Assembly (NCBI GenBank): GCA_050951325.1 | Contig: JBMNIW010000003.1 | Location: 192,001 to 256,000, forward strand | Direction: 5' to 3' | DNA: 64,000 nucleotides | Origin: Clostridia bacterium | GTDB taxonomy: Bacteria > Bacillota > Clostridia > UBA1212 > DUPL01 | Shown: positions 8,443-19,540 of the stretch, piece after piece | Layout: every line of letters starts with the position of its first letter | How positions within the stretch are numbered: the first letter of the stretch is position 1 | The notes under the pieces: generated by a model | Databases searched by the model: none | What the model saw: only the letters and a program-made list of their open reading frames with translations | Told to the model about the DNA's origin: nothing | Program-made: the position numbers and the translations under genes

Positions 8443-10158
8443 TTACATTTTTTCGACCTCTTCTATTCCTAATAAATTGAGTCCGGTTTTAATGCATATG
8501 CAGGAAGCCTCTACAATGTTTAATCTTGCCTTCATGACATCCTCTTCAGCCTTCAATATACTGCAGCTGTTGTAAAACTTGTTGAAGGCCTGAGCAACGT
8601 CAACAATATGCCTTGTTACGATAGAAGGCTCATATTTGTTTGCGGCATTCCTAATCGCTTCTGGAAAATCTTTGATAAGTTTTACAAGGGCAAACTCCTC
8701 CTGACTGTCGAGAACATCAAGTTTTGCACCCCTGTACTCAATATTCTGTTCTTCTGCCTTTCTCAAGATGCTCTTTCCACGAGCATAGCTGTACTGCACA
8801 TAGGGACCGGATTCACCCTCAAAATCAAGAATATCCTCCCAGGTGAACACAATATCCCTTTCCCTTGCATTTCTTAGGAAGGTAAAGAGAATTGCACCAA
8901 TACCAACCTTGGTTGCAACTTCGTCAACATTTTCTATTTCCTTGGTAGTCGAACTGTTTTCAATGATTTCCCTTGTTTTTGCAATGGATTCATTTAAAAC
9001 ATCTTCAAGGAACACCACATCTCCATGCCTTGTGGAAAGTTTCTTGTCAGGGAATCTTACAGTACCAAATCCAACGTGGACGCAGTCATCAGCCCAGCCA
9101 AATCCCATTTTGTCAACTACACCGAAAACCTGCTTGAAGTGTAGAGTCTGAGGCAGTCCTACCACATAAATATTCTTATGAAAATCATAATGTCTCTTCC
9201 TGTAAATTGCAGCTGCAATATCCCTGGTTGCATAAATGGTGGTTCCATCCTTCTTGATGATTATACAAGGGGGCATGTCGCCAAAGGTTACAACTCTTGC
9301 ACCTTCGCTGTCTTCGAGGAGTCCCTTCTCTTCCAGCATCTCAATAACCTCTGGCATTTTATCCTGGTAGAAGCTTTCTCCTGCATAGGAGTCAAAGGAA
9401 ATGTTGAGCATGTTGTATACTCTGGAGAATTCCTTCATGGAAACTTCCACAAAGAACTTCCAGAGCCTAACTATCTCCTCATCCCCATCTTCAAGCTTCT
9501 TAAAGTACATTCTAGCCTCATCCTCAAGGGAAGGATTTTCCTCCGCTTTCTGGTGGAACTTAACATATATTTTCAAAAGCTCATTAATAGGGTCTTTTAA
9601 TATATCCTCATCAACACCCCACCTTTTGTAGGCAGAGATAAGTTTTCCAAATTGGGTACCCCAGTCACCCAAGTGATTTATCTTGACTGTGTCGTATCCC
9701 AGGTAGGAATATATTTTCTCAATAGAGTTGCCCAAGGATGTGCTGAACAGGTGTCCTATATGAAACGGCTTTGCAATGTTCGGAGACGAAAACTCAACAA
9801 TGACTTTTTTATTGTTTCCCTCGTCGCTGCGTGCAAAATCAACGCCTTTTTCAACAACATCACTTACTACCGAAGAGATGAATTCATTCCTGTTCAGAAA
9901 GAAATTCAAGTATCCTCCTGCAACTTCCATCTTTGCAATAATCTTTTCATCAAAATCACTGTCAGACTTTATTCTCTCCAGTACTTCCTGTGCAATCATG
10001 GCAGGAGCCTTTCTGAATTGCTTTGCATATGAAAAACAAGGGAATGCAACATCCCCCATGTTTTCATTAGGCGGTACCGACAAAAGTCCAAGCACCTTGT
10101 CAAGATCATCATTCAATGCCTTGCTAATACATTCTGCTATATATCCTTTGTAATCCAT
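8443..10158 (-). CDS. argS: Arginine--tRNA ligase
   Basis: EFSSPNIAKPFHIGH, NHLGDWGTQFGK, KLSTRHG, GPYVQY, C-terminal EKM. Confidence 0.97.
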   Translation of the reverse strand: MDYKGYIAECISKALNDDLDKVLGLLSVPPNENMGDVAFPCFSYAKQFRKAPAMIAQEVLERIKSDSDFDEKIIAKMEVAGGYLNFFLNRNEFISSVVSDVVEKGVDFARSDEGNNKKVIVEFSSPNIAKPFHIGHLFSTSLGNSIEKIYSYLGYDTVKINHLGDWGTQFGKLISAYKRWGVDEDILKDPINELLKIYVKFHQKAEENPSLEDEARMYFKKLEDGDEEIVRLWKFFVEVSMKEFSRVYNMLNISFDSYAGESFYQDKMPEVIEMLEEKGLLEDSEGARVVTFGDMPPCIIIKKDGTTIYATRDIAAAIYRKRHYDFHKNIYVVGLPQTLHFKQVFGVVDKMGFGWADDCVHVGFGTVRFPDKKLSTRHGDVVFLEDVLNESIAKTREIIENSSTTKEIENVDEVATKVGIGAILFTFLRNARERDIVFTWEDILDFEGESGPYVQYSYARGKSILRKAEEQNIEYRGAKLDVLDSQEEFALVKLIKDFPEAIRNAANKYEPSIVTRHIVDVAQAFNKFYNSCSILKAEEDVMKARLNIVEASCICIKTGLNLLGIEEVEKM

Positions 10159-10166
10159 AAGACTAT

Positions 10167-10427
10167 TTACTCCTTTTTGCTGTTTGGTTTAAAGTATTTC
10201 AAACCGAGATACGTACAAAGGTACAGTACAATAAACGTAATCACCTGTGATGTCAATGTCATTTTCGAAAAAGACGCAATACAGGTAATATACGAGCTCA
10301 CCATCAAAAAGAACACTGCCCTGTCTCTTGCCAAGGCATAGATAATTGACAGTATAATCCCTATCATAAGCCACAGAACTGTTTGCATGTCTCCCCTTGT
10401 AACAATAAACTCGGTCATTTTACCCAT
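10167..10427 (-). CDS. Small membrane protein (about 3 TM)
   Basis: Strong SD GAGGAGG. Hydrophobic 86-aa ORF tightly packed between leuS and argS. Confidence 0.7.
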   Translation of the reverse strand: MGKMTEFIVTRGDMQTVLWLMIGIILSIIYALARDRAVFFLMVSSYITCIASFSKMTLTSQVITFIVLYLCTYLGLKYFKPNSKKE

Positions 10428-10443
10428 TTTTTACCTCCTCAAA

Positions 10444-12858
10444 TCAACCAACAACTATGTTTACAAGTCTTCCAGGAACAACGATAATTTTCCTAATCTG
10501 TTTGTCCCCTATGAGGTCTTGTACCTTCTCATTTGCCAAAACAAACTCTTCAATTTGTTTCTTGTCATATTTTGAAGGCACATCCAATCTTTCCCTTACC
10601 TTGCCGTTTATCTGAACAGCAATCTCTATCTCATCCTTGACCGTATATTTTGCATCATACTCAGGCCAACTTTGCTCGTATAGATAACCTTCGCCCAAGT
10701 TCATTTTCTCCCAAATCTCTTCTGCAATATGGGGGGCAACGGGATTCAGAAGCTTTACAAATACCCTGAGATCTCCTCTTGAGAGTTTGCCCTTCTCATT
10801 AACTTCATTCACAAAAGTCATCATTTGAGCAATTGCCGTATTATACTTCATGCTCTCATAGTCTTCGGAAACCTTCTTTATGGTTGTGTGTACCAAATAT
10901 CTATGGTCTTCTGACACTTCTTCTTCATCAGTGACCAGTTCCTGAAGCTTCCATACCCTGTCAATGAATCTGTAACAGCCCCTAACACCCTGTTCTGACC
11001 AGGGAGTGGTCTGGTCAAAAGCGCCCATGAACATTTCGTACAATCTGAAAGTATCCGCACCAAACTCATCAACAACATCATCCGGATTTATGACATTACC
11101 TCTTGATTTGGACATCTTTTGGCCATCGGTACCAAGAATCATTCCATGGGAAGTCCTCTTCTTGTACGGCTCCTTGCATGGAATCTCTCCAATATCATAG
11201 AGGAATCTGTGCCAGAATCTTGAATACAGAAGGTGCAGTGTAGTATGCTCCATACCACCATTGTACCAGTCAACTGGCAGCCAGTATGCAGCCTTCTTCT
11301 TGTCAATCATCGCATCGTCATTGTGTGGGTCGGCGTATCTGATGAAGTACCAGGAAGAACCTGCCCACTGAGGCATTGTATCGGTTTCCCTTTTGGCCGG
11401 TCCACTGCATTTTGGACAAGTTGTGTTAACCCACTCAGGTATATTGACAAGAGGCGACTCTCCGCTGTCACTCTGCTGATAGTTTTCAATATCAGGAAGT
11501 GTTACTGGCAGCTGATCATATGGAACGGGCACATAACCGCATTTCTCACAGTGTATAATGGGTATGGGTTCTCCCCAGTAGCGCTGTCTTGAGAATACCC
11601 AGTCCCTTAACTTGTAATTTATTTTTTCTTTGCCCAAACCCTTTTCTGCAAGCCACTTTGTTATTGCTTCTTTTGCTTCCGCAACACTCATTCCGTTAAG
11701 GAAATCGGAATTTACCATGGTGCCTGTTTCAATATCAGTAAAAGCCTCATTCTCTATATCGCCACCGGCAACAACTTCAATAATAGGCAAATCAAACTTC
11801 TTTGCAAATTCATAGTCTCTTTCATCATGTGCAGGAACCGCCATGATTGCTCCTGTTCCGTAAGACATGAGTACATAGTCTGAGATCCAAACAGGTATTT
11901 CAGTGTTGTTTACCGGATTGATTGCAACAACGCCCTTAAGGCTTACGCCTGTTTTTTCCTTGTTCAATTCGCTTCTTTCGAAATCCGACTTCTTGATTGC
12001 CTCTGCCCTGTATGCTTCAACCTCATCAAAGTTGGTTATATGTTCCTTCATTCTGTCCAAAATTGGATGCTCCGGAGAAATAACCATGTAGGTTGCACCA
12101 AACAAAGTATCAGGCCTGGTTGTAAATACAGTCAGTTTTTCATTAATGCAGGGAATTGCAAAATCGACTTCCGCACCTTTGCTCTTGCCTATCCAGTTTC
12201 TTTGCTGTGTTTTAACCTTCTCTATATAATCAACTTCTTCAAGACCTTCAAGAAGCTTCTCTGCATACTCAGTTATCTTAAGCATCCACTGGCTCTTAAC
12301 TCTGCGAACAACTTCGCCATCGCAGCGCTCGCATTTTCCTCCCACAACTTCTTCGTTTGCTAGACCAACCTTGCAGGATACGCAGAAGTTAATGGGCACT
12401 TCAGCCTTGTATGCAAGACCATGTTCATACAGTTTCAAAAAGATCCACTGGGTCCATTTATAATATGCCGGATCAGTTGTGTTTACTTCTCGTGACCAAT
12501 CAAATGAAAATCCAAGTCTCTTGAGCTGCTCTCTGAATCTATTTACGTTTCTCTCTGTTACTACTGCAGGATGAACCTTGTTCTTTATAGCAAAGTTCTC
12601 TGTTGGAAGTCCGAAAGCGTCCCATCCTATTGGGAACAGTACGTTATACCCTTCCATTCTTCTCTTTCTTGAAATTATATCCATTGCAGTATTGGACCTT
12701 GGGTGACCAACATGAAGTCCGTCCCCCGAAGGATAAGGAAACTCTATAAGTGCATAAAACTTTGGCTTTGTCGTATCATCTTTTGCTTCAAATGCTTTGT
12801 TCTTTTCCCATATTTCCTGCCATTTAAATTCTATTTTAGCCGGATCATATTTTGTCAT
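10444..12858 (-). CDS. leuS: Leucine--tRNA ligase
   Basis: [37 protein letters not shown]. Confidence 0.97.
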   Translation of the reverse strand: MTKYDPAKIEFKWQEIWEKNKAFEAKDDTTKPKFYALIEFPYPSGDGLHVGHPRSNTAMDIISRKRRMEGYNVLFPIGWDAFGLPTENFAIKNKVHPAVVTERNVNRFREQLKRLGFSFDWSREVNTTDPAYYKWTQWIFLKLYEHGLAYKAEVPINFCVSCKVGLANEEVVGGKCERCDGEVVRRVKSQWMLKITEYAEKLLEGLEEVDYIEKVKTQQRNWIGKSKGAEVDFAIPCINEKLTVFTTRPDTLFGATYMVISPEHPILDRMKEHITNFDEVEAYRAEAIKKSDFERSELNKEKTGVSLKGVVAINPVNNTEIPVWISDYVLMSYGTGAIMAVPAHDERDYEFAKKFDLPIIEVVAGGDIENEAFTDIETGTMVNSDFLNGMSVAEAKEAITKWLAEKGLGKEKINYKLRDWVFSRQRYWGEPIPIIHCEKCGYVPVPYDQLPVTLPDIENYQQSDSGESPLVNIPEWVNTTCPKCSGPAKRETDTMPQWAGSSWYFIRYADPHNDDAMIDKKKAAYWLPVDWYNGGMEHTTLHLLYSRFWHRFLYDIGEIPCKEPYKKRTSHGMILGTDGQKMSKSRGNVINPDDVVDEFGADTFRLYEMFMGAFDQTTPWSEQGVRGCYRFIDRVWKLQELVTDEEEVSEDHRYLVHTTIKKVSEDYESMKYNTAIAQMMTFVNEVNEKGKLSRGDLRVFVKLLNPVAPHIAEEIWEKMNLGEGYLYEQSWPEYDAKYTVKDEIEIAVQINGKVRERLDVPSKYDKKQIEEFVLANEKVQDLIGDKQIRKIIVVPGRLVNIVVG

Positions 12859-13020
12859 GCAAAGACCTCCTAAATTTTGTATACGTATACTCGGTAATTA
12901 TAACATATACTTTTTGTCTAATCAAACTGCAGATGTCATTTTTGTCAAGTATTTATTGATTCACACTACACAATTATATCTTCATAAAATACGGTGTCTC
13001 ATCAGGAGAATACTCAAAAT

Positions 13021-13052
13021 AAAAAGGCTACAGTTTTGCAACCATAGCCTTT
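13021..13052 (-). terminator. Probable terminator after rhaA
   Basis: AAAGGCTA...TAGCCTTT inverted repeat with T-run on the minus strand. Confidence 0.6.
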
Positions 13053-13073
13053 CTCACATATATACACCAATTA

Positions 13074-14327
13074 TTATCTCTTTAATAATACTTCCTGCTC
13101 ATAGTTCTTAACTTCTTCAAGCCACTTGTCTCCTACAGGAACGTCGTTGATTTCGCAGAAATAATCCCAAACAGCACCAAATGGCATTGTCTTAAGCTCT
13201 TCAAGAAGTGCGAGTCTGGATGTGAAATCAAATTCAGTCTCAAGTTTCTTGAGTTCCTCTGTAGGCTCAAGCATTGCAAGCAAGAGAGCCTTCTGCATGT
13301 TTCTCATACCAATTACCCATGCTGCAATTCTGTTGATGCTTGCATCAAAGAAGTCAAGACCAATAAATGTTCTTCCAAGGAAGTCATTCCTTACAAGTTC
13401 CTCTGCTATATTTCTAAGCTCGTCATTAAGTACAATAACATGATCGCTATCCCATCTTACAGGACGGCTTACATGCAACAGAACTTCGTCAACAAAGCAG
13501 AAAACAGCTGACAGCTTGTCAGATATCACTTCTGTTGGATGGAAGTGACCTGCATCAAGACAAAGGAGCTTGTTTCTTGTAGCGGCATATCCCATGTAAA
13601 ATTCATTGGATCCTACTGTAAAGCTCTCAGCACCAATACCGAAAAGCTTGCTTTCTACTGCATCACGAACATACTCTTTTGGAAGATCCTCGCTGAATAC
13701 CTCATCCAAAGCTTCCATCAAGCGTTTTCTTGGAGCATATTTATCAACAGTTATGTCCTTCATTCCATCAGGGAACCAGTAGTTGACAACGCTTGGAGTT
13801 CCAAGCTCTTTTCCAAAGTATGCACCAATAGCTCTTGCAGCTTTGCAGTGGCGAATCCAGAAATCTCTAACTTCCTTCTTTGGATGGCTTATTGTAAGGC
13901 CGTCATCTGACAATGGATGTGAGAAGCATGTAGGGTTGAAATCAAGTCCTATACCAAGTTTCTTTGCCCACTGAACCCATTTCTCAAAATGCTCGGGCTC
14001 AATTTTGTCTCTTTCAACAACTGTTTCAAAATCGCCGTATATGGCGTGCAAGTTAACTCTATGTTTTCCTGGAATTAATGAAAAAGCTTTTTCTATGTCT
14101 GCTCTTAACTCGTCAGCAGTCCTTGCTTTGCCCGGATAGTTACCAGTAGCTTGAATGCCTCCTGAAAGTCCTGCTTCTGGATTTTCAAAACCGCCTACAT
14201 CGTCTCCCTGCCAGCAATGCATTGAGATGGGTATTTCCTTGAGTTTGGCAATAGCTTTGTCTGTGTCGATGCCAATCTCAGCATACCTTTTCTTTGCAAT
14301 TTCATAGCTTTCCTTTACATAACTCAT
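13074..14327 (-). CDS. rhaA: L-rhamnose isomerase
   Basis: [61 protein letters not shown]. Confidence 0.97.
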   Translation of the reverse strand: MSYVKESYEIAKKRYAEIGIDTDKAIAKLKEIPISMHCWQGDDVGGFENPEAGLSGGIQATGNYPGKARTADELRADIEKAFSLIPGKHRVNLHAIYGDFETVVERDKIEPEHFEKWVQWAKKLGIGLDFNPTCFSHPLSDDGLTISHPKKEVRDFWIRHCKAARAIGAYFGKELGTPSVVNYWFPDGMKDITVDKYAPRKRLMEALDEVFSEDLPKEYVRDAVESKLFGIGAESFTVGSNEFYMGYAATRNKLLCLDAGHFHPTEVISDKLSAVFCFVDEVLLHVSRPVRWDSDHVIVLNDELRNIAEELVRNDFLGRTFIGLDFFDASINRIAAWVIGMRNMQKALLLAMLEPTEELKKLETEFDFTSRLALLEELKTMPFGAVWDYFCEINDVPVGDKWLEEVKNYEQEVLLKR

Positions 14328-14373
14328 CTGCTTAATTCTCCTCTCGATATGTTTTGCGCACAGAATTTTTGCT

Positions 14374-14425
14374 TTGACATTCTGCTTATATTAGTTTACT
14401 ATATAATATGAAATATGTAAACTAA
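14374..14425. promoter_or_regulatory. Overlapping divergent sigma-A promoters with a 9-bp inverted repeat
   Basis: Plus strand TTGACA(14374)-17-TACTAT. Minus strand TTTACA(14421)-17-TAAACT. Inverted repeat TTAGTTTAC-N17-GTAAACTAA. Confidence 0.6.
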
Positions 14426-14442
14426 ATTTTGGGAGGTTTGCT

Positions 14443-14814
14443 ATGAGTAACGAGGCATATGGAAAGCGCATATGGCTGATTCCCGACGGATACTACCCCG
14501 AGGTCAGCAAAGGTGATGTTTATGTAAGCCATGAGGCAGTTTGTGTACTTAATGTTGGCAATGAGGATGCAAATATTGATATTACCCTCTACTTCGAAGA
14601 TCGTGAACCCATGACCGGTTTCAAAGCTGTTTGCAAGGCTCAAAGAACCAATCACATAAGAATGGACAAGATTGTTAGCGTTAACGGCGAAAAGGTTCCA
14701 AGAGGAGTTCCTTACGCAATGATGGTGGTAAGTGATGTCCCTGTTGTGGTACAGTACAGCAGACTTGATGCATCTCAGGCTGAAATGGGCTTCATGGGAC
14801 TTATAGCATATTAA
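14443..14814 (+). CDS. Sensory rhodopsin transducer (ASRT) family protein
   Basis: GKRIWLIPDGY, SHEAVCVLN, YFEDREP, RTNHIR, SDVPVVVQYSRLD. Confidence 0.88.
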   Translation: MSNEAYGKRIWLIPDGYYPEVSKGDVYVSHEAVCVLNVGNEDANIDITLYFEDREPMTGFKAVCKAQRTNHIRMDKIVSVNGEKVPRGVPYAMMVVSDVPVVVQYSRLDASQAEMGFMGLIAY

Positions 14815-14832
14815 GGACGAAAGGGCTTTGGT

Positions 14833-15363
14833 ATGTTCGAAAACATTGAACAGCAAACAGAAAACAAGATTATACTGCTATTTATTTTGGAGAAGTTCGG
14901 CTCGCCCATTACAGGAATGTATTTAACCGACCTGGTTTTAAAGCCAGGTCTGATGAATTATTTTTCCTGTCAAATGGCGCTTATTGATCTGGTTGAAAAC
15001 GACCTTGTTGATACTACACCCGACAACGATGGGATTCCCATGTATGAAATAAATGACAAAGGAAGGGATATACTAATTTCTTTAAGAAACATAGTCCCCC
15101 CTGGTATTCTGTACAGATACGAAGAATGCATTGAAAATGAAAAAGATGACATCAAAAGACAATTAGAAGTAAACGCATCCTTTTTCGAAGATGCTTCCGG
15201 AGATTATTATGTGCGATGTTTTGTGCGCAATCAGGGAACATATATAATTGATATAAAGGTTCCTGTTGCAAACAAGAAGGAAGCTGACCTCATCTGCAAA
15301 AACTGGCATCAAAACACCGCAAATATTTACACTAAAATACTAAAAGTAATGCATGATGGATGA
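14833..15363 (+). CDS. DUF4364 family protein (winged-helix-like)
   Basis: ENKIILLFILEK, MNYF, ICKNW..N..IY typical of the clostridial DUF4364 family. Confidence 0.8.
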   Translation: MFENIEQQTENKIILLFILEKFGSPITGMYLTDLVLKPGLMNYFSCQMALIDLVENDLVDTTPDNDGIPMYEINDKGRDILISLRNIVPPGILYRYEECIENEKDDIKRQLEVNASFFEDASGDYYVRCFVRNQGTYIIDIKVPVANKKEADLICKNWHQNTANIYTKILKVMHDG

Positions 15364-15368
15364 CAAAA

Positions 15369-15587
15369 TCAGACTACGTCGATTTTCCTTGATTTCCTGC
15401 GGTGACCCTCATATTCCGGAGCTCCTTTTTTCCACCTTCCTGACCTGCTCTTTTCAACTACGAGATTCTTGCTTTCATCACTTACTACAAATTCATCCTT
15501 CATAAGGCAATAGTAGGTTAACTTACCTTGCTTGCAATTGCCACAACCATAGCATTCCATAAAGCTAAAAAAAATCCTCCATTTCAT
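15369..15587 (-). CDS. Small Cys-rich/basic hypothetical protein
   Basis: CxxCxxC-x8-C followed by a basic tail. Start may be 15560. Confidence 0.6.
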   Translation of the reverse strand: MKWRIFFSFMECYGCGNCKQGKLTYYCLMKDEFVVSDESKNLVVEKSRSGRWKKGAPEYEGHRRKSRKIDVV

Positions 15588-15671
15588 TTTTATGATGGAG
15601 GTATTTTAATACATTGTATTTTAAAAATCAATAGTCTTTTTAAATAAATATTAATTTAATATGAAGGAAAA

Positions 15672-16988
15672 TTATTCTATATACTCAAACTCAATATCAT
15701 CCAGTTTGACAATATCCCCTTCATTGATTCCCATATCTTTGAGCTCATCAATAACACCCTTTCTTCTCAGGGAATTCTGAAAATACGCCATGGATTCATA
15801 ATCGTTGAAATTGATACCTCTTAACAGATTATCGACAAAACTACCTTCGACCACGTATTTGCCTTCCTCGTCTACATGTATGGCAAACTCATCCTCTTCT
15901 TCCACGGCTTTGTGAACGATAACTTCCTCTTCAAAGGATACAAGAGGAATTTGTGGCAGCTTTTCCAGAAGCGAACCTGCATACATTACAAGCTCACGTG
16001 TTCCAATCTGCTTCAATGCAGATATTTCAAAAATTCTGAAAGCACCCGTCTCTTCCTGCTTCCCTCTATCGTTTTCCTCTATCCATTTTTCAAGTTTTTC
16101 CCTGAACACAACAAGGTTCTCATCACTGCCTGCCACATCCATTTTGTTTGCAGCAATAATTTGCGGCCTTTTCGCCAGTTCCTCATTGTACTTTTCAAGC
16201 TCGTTGTTAATCATAAGAAAATCTTCAAAAGGATCCCTTCCTTCAGTGCCTGCCATGTCTATCACATGGATAATGAGCCTTGTACGCTCTATATGCCTCA
16301 AGAACTGATGCCCAAGACCCACGCCTTCAGAAGCTCCTTCTATGAGACCTGGAATGTCAGCCATAACGTAACTTTTGTCCTCATACGTGACAACACCCAG
16401 GATAGGATTAATCGTCGTAAAATGATAATTTGCAATCTCTGGCTTTGCGTCCGTTGTAGCGGCCAAAAGTGTTGACTTGCCTACATTGGGCCATCCAGCA
16501 AGGCCAACATCTGCAAGAAGTTTAAGCTCAAGCACAACCTCAAGCTCCTCACCTTTCTCTCCTGCTTTTGCAAAGTTCGGAACCTGCCTTGTGGAAGTTG
16601 CAAAGTTCATGTTGCCTCTGCCGCCTTTTCCACCCTTCAGCACAACTACTTCATCATCGGAAGACACCATGTCGGCAAGAACTCTGTTTGTATGTCTGTC
16701 ATATACAACTGTGCCAAGAGGAACTTTGATTACAATATCCTCTCCCTTTTTACCCGTCCTTTTATTCGGTCCTCCATTCTGTCCATTACCGGCTTTGTAT
16801 TTTCTTTTGTATCTAAAATTGGCAAGAGTTGAGGCTCCTTCGTCAACCTTGAAGATGACATTTCCTCCATCCCCGCCGTTGCCGCCATCGGGACCACCTG
16901 CAGGTACGTATTTCTCCCTTCTGAAGGAAACAATACCGTCTCCGCCGTCTCCTGATTTGATAATAATTTTGGCCTTATCTATAAACAT
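15672..16988 (-). CDS. obgE: GTPase ObgE/CgtA
   Basis: Gly-rich Obg fold, PNVGKST, DIPGLIEGA, NKMD, C-terminal OCT domain. Confidence 0.97.
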   Translation of the reverse strand: MFIDKAKIIIKSGDGGDGIVSFRREKYVPAGGPDGGNGGDGGNVIFKVDEGASTLANFRYKRKYKAGNGQNGGPNKRTGKKGEDIVIKVPLGTVVYDRHTNRVLADMVSSDDEVVVLKGGKGGRGNMNFATSTRQVPNFAKAGEKGEELEVVLELKLLADVGLAGWPNVGKSTLLAATTDAKPEIANYHFTTINPILGVVTYEDKSYVMADIPGLIEGASEGVGLGHQFLRHIERTRLIIHVIDMAGTEGRDPFEDFLMINNELEKYNEELAKRPQIIAANKMDVAGSDENLVVFREKLEKWIEENDRGKQEETGAFRIFEISALKQIGTRELVMYAGSLLEKLPQIPLVSFEEEVIVHKAVEEEDEFAIHVDEEGKYVVEGSFVDNLLRGINFNDYESMAYFQNSLRRKGVIDELKDMGINEGDIVKLDDIEFEYIE

Positions 16989-17055
16989 AATTATATCCTC
17001 CTACATAAAAAGCCCGGTAAAACCGGACTTTCTTTAGCTTGAACATTACATATTA

Positions 17056-17334
17056 TTATTCAGCAATGATGGAAACTTGCTTCTTCTTTTTGCCAAGTCT
17101 ATGAAAACTTACTTTTCCATCAACCAGTGCATAAAGCGTATGGTCCTTGCCCATTCCAACGTTGGCACCAGGATGAATTCTGGTTCCCCTCTGTCTGACA
17201 AGTATGTTTCCTGCCAAAACGAACTGTCCGTCTGCACGCTTTACTCCGAGTCTCTTGGATTCGGAATCTCTTCCGTTCTTTGAGCTGCCAACACCTTTTT
17301 TCTGTGCAAACAACTGTAGATTTATTCTCAACAT
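17056..17334 (-). CDS. rpmA: 50S ribosomal protein L27 with cleavable N-terminal extension
   Basis: [27 protein letters not shown] 17334 after GGAGG. Confidence 0.97.
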   Translation of the reverse strand: MLRINLQLFAQKKGVGSSKNGRDSESKRLGVKRADGQFVLAGNILVRQRGTRIHPGANVGMGKDHTLYALVDGKVSFHRLGKKKKQVSIIAE

Positions 17335-17338
17335 GCGA

Positions 17339-17686
17339 CTATACCTCCTCTTCTTTAACACGTACAAATTTGCTGCCATATGAGTATTCAACCTGTTTAA
17401 AACCCAAGACCATTGCTTCCAAAACCGCATTATCTTTAATAATCTCTTTCGAATTGGTGCTTATCGGCCGGGTAAACTTCATGTAACCATCCGATTCAAT
17501 ATACGATATTTTGTCCATCTTCCCTTCCGGGTTGTATTTGTTTTCAAAATATCCAACTGCCGTATAACTTATTGCAGAAACCGCAGAACAAATAATATCA
17601 TATCCTTTGTCTGCGTATCCCGCATGCCCTTTTATTTCAAATCCAACAATTATTTCATCTTCCAGCCAAATACTCACATGTATCAT
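17339..17686 (-). CDS. prp: Ribosomal-processing cysteine protease Prp
   Basis: GHAGY...DIICSAVS. Located between rplU and rpmA. Confidence 0.93.
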   Translation of the reverse strand: MIHVSIWLEDEIIVGFEIKGHAGYADKGYDIICSAVSAISYTAVGYFENKYNPEGKMDKISYIESDGYMKFTRPISTNSKEIIKDNAVLEAMVLGFKQVEYSYGSKFVRVKEEEV

Positions 17687-17688
17687 GA

Positions 17689-18003
17689 TTAAGCGTTTAT
17701 TTTCTCAATAACTACCTGGGTATAAGGTTGTCTATGTCCCTGTCTCTTCATATAACCCTTCTTAGGTTTGTGCTTAATTATGCGAATCTTCTTTCCTTTA
17801 CCATTCTTAAGCACTCTGGCTGTAACAGAAACACCTTCAACTTTCGGAGTACCAAAAACAACTTCGTCGTCGCCTTTCGACACAGCCAAAACTTCGTCAA
17901 AAACAACTTCCTGCTCTGGCTCTGCATTAAGCTTTTCTACAAATATGGTACTTCCTTCGGAAACTTTGTACTGTTTTCCTCCTGTTACGATTATTGCGTA
18001 CAT
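17689..18003 (-). CDS. rplU: 50S ribosomal protein L21
   Basis: [21 protein letters not shown]. Confidence 0.98.
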   Translation of the reverse strand: MYAIIVTGGKQYKVSEGSTIFVEKLNAEPEQEVVFDEVLAVSKGDDEVVFGTPKVEGVSVTARVLKNGKGKKIRIIKHKPKKGYMKRQGHRQPYTQVVIEKINA

Positions 18004-18020
18004 TATTGCACCTCCACATT

Positions 18021-18080
18021 AAACTCGCCTGCCAAGGGTACTGAAGGATCAGATTTAAAAACCCTTACAGAGCGGCACCA
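18021..18080 (-). ncRNA. Probable L21 leader cis-regulatory RNA
   Basis: GGTGCCGC..AAGGGT..ACCCTT..GGCGAGT immediately upstream of the rplU SD. Confidence 0.6.
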
Positions 18081-18116
18081 AAAGATTTTAACACAGCAAT
18101 GTCACATTGTCAAATA

Positions 18117-19520
18117 TTATTTGTCATCATCACGGAAAGAATCTTCAATAATGAACAATGTATTCCTTTCCTTCTTTTTTGGTGTTTCCTTCCTTCCGAA
18201 GTCAGATTCAACTATGTTACTTTCTATGTAATTATCATCATCATCAACATCGTTATACTCTTTCGCACCCTTTATATTAATAGTAACACCAAACATGAAT
18301 CCAACGCCTGTAAAGATAATAATCAAAACAATAACCAGCCAGTAAGGCATGCCCTTAGGATCTGAAACAACTATGACGCCTGGTGTTTCAGCAGGTTGCG
18401 TCGGTTTGCTTGTCTCCTCAGGTGACTCGGTGGGCTCCTCATCTGTTGGAGATGGTGTTGCCTGCTGTCCTTCCTGTCTAGTAACAGTAATAACATAGTT
18501 TCTTACACTGCCATCTTCCGCTGTGCACACAACCGTTACTGTGTTTTCACCCACCACAAGATCCTTTCCACCTTCTACCACATATGTGCATTTTGTATCC
18601 TGTGTGGTTATGCTCAGTATTATTTCCGTAACCTCATTAGGTACTTCCATTGTATACTCGGTTATGTCAGAATGAAACAGTGGAGAAAGCGGATAATCAG
18701 CTTCAAGACTCTCCAATTTATTATTGCTGCTCTTTGGCTCCTCCGGTTTCTGTGCTCTTGTTACCTGTATCGTATACACTCTCTTGGTACCTGCCTCGGA
18801 CGTGACTGTTAATGTCACATTCGTTTTCCCACCTTCAACAAGGTCAGGATTGTTCACCTGAAGAGTACTTTTTTCATCTTCGCACAAAGCTGTAAACTGA
18901 AGCTTAGTTATGGAATATGGAACACTTACAGTGTAATTGACTGTGTTCTTGTTAAAGCTTGGCACCAGCGTACCGTTTGTAACATTAAGACTTTTAAGAT
19001 AATCATTGTTTGACAGCACTTTCTTAATAACAGTAGTCTCAAACTCCACATCCTCAGGGCTGACATCACTTACTTCGTCATCCATAATAAAGGTTATGAC
19101 CTGTTCCTTGAGGCGTATTTTAACCTTTGTGCCGTTCTCCAGTTCCTCTTTCACTGTAAAAGTGATATTAATAATGCCGGTTTCCTGGTTGATTGGATTT
19201 GCAAGTTTGTTGTCATCCAAAACAAACCCCAGTTCTCCTTCCGGGTGACCTTCCATCTCCTGATAAGACCATTCCTCGGTAAACTCATTTTCAATCAATA
19301 CGGCACCCTTGAGTTCAAGCTGTTCAGGATTGTACTCCAGTATGGCCTGGCAACCATATATATTGGTACCATCTATTTTGACAGTTAACACATATGTACT
19401 GCCGGCTTCGACAGTATCAGCACCTGCCAATAGAAACCTTCTTTCCCCTTCTGCATTTATTGAAATCAAACCGGAAAGAAGAAGTAACAATACAATAAAA
19501 ATCACAGTTATTTTCCTCAT
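18117..19520 (-). CDS. Membrane-anchored surface protein: signal peptide, cohesin-like domain, 2 cadherin-like beta-sandwich domains, P/T/E linker, TM, acidic tail
   Basis: Cohesin-like motifs TVEAGSTYVLTV, LEYNPEQLEL, INITFTVK. Two SNN.L.SL.....L.P.F.....YT..V......YxIxVTR repeats. C-terminal TM. Confidence 0.75.
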   Translation of the reverse strand: MRKITVIFIVLLLLLSGLISINAEGERRFLLAGADTVEAGSTYVLTVKIDGTNIYGCQAILEYNPEQLELKGAVLIENEFTEEWSYQEMEGHPEGELGFVLDDNKLANPINQETGIINITFTVKEELENGTKVKIRLKEQVITFIMDDEVSDVSPEDVEFETTVIKKVLSNNDYLKSLNVTNGTLVPSFNKNTVNYTVSVPYSITKLQFTALCEDEKSTLQVNNPDLVEGGKTNVTLTVTSEAGTKRVYTIQVTRAQKPEEPKSSNNKLESLEADYPLSPLFHSDITEYTMEVPNEVTEIILSITTQDTKCTYVVEGGKDLVVGENTVTVVCTAEDGSVRNYVITVTRQEGQQATPSPTDEEPTESPEETSKPTQPAETPGVIVVSDPKGMPYWLVIVLIIIFTGVGFMFGVTINIKGAKEYNDVDDDDNYIESNIVESDFGRKETPKKKERNTLFIIEDSFRDDDK

Positions 19521-19540
19521 ATTTCCTCCATCAAATGTGT

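Noticed and set aside
14443-14814. Light-sensing system
   Set aside because: No rhodopsin gene in the window
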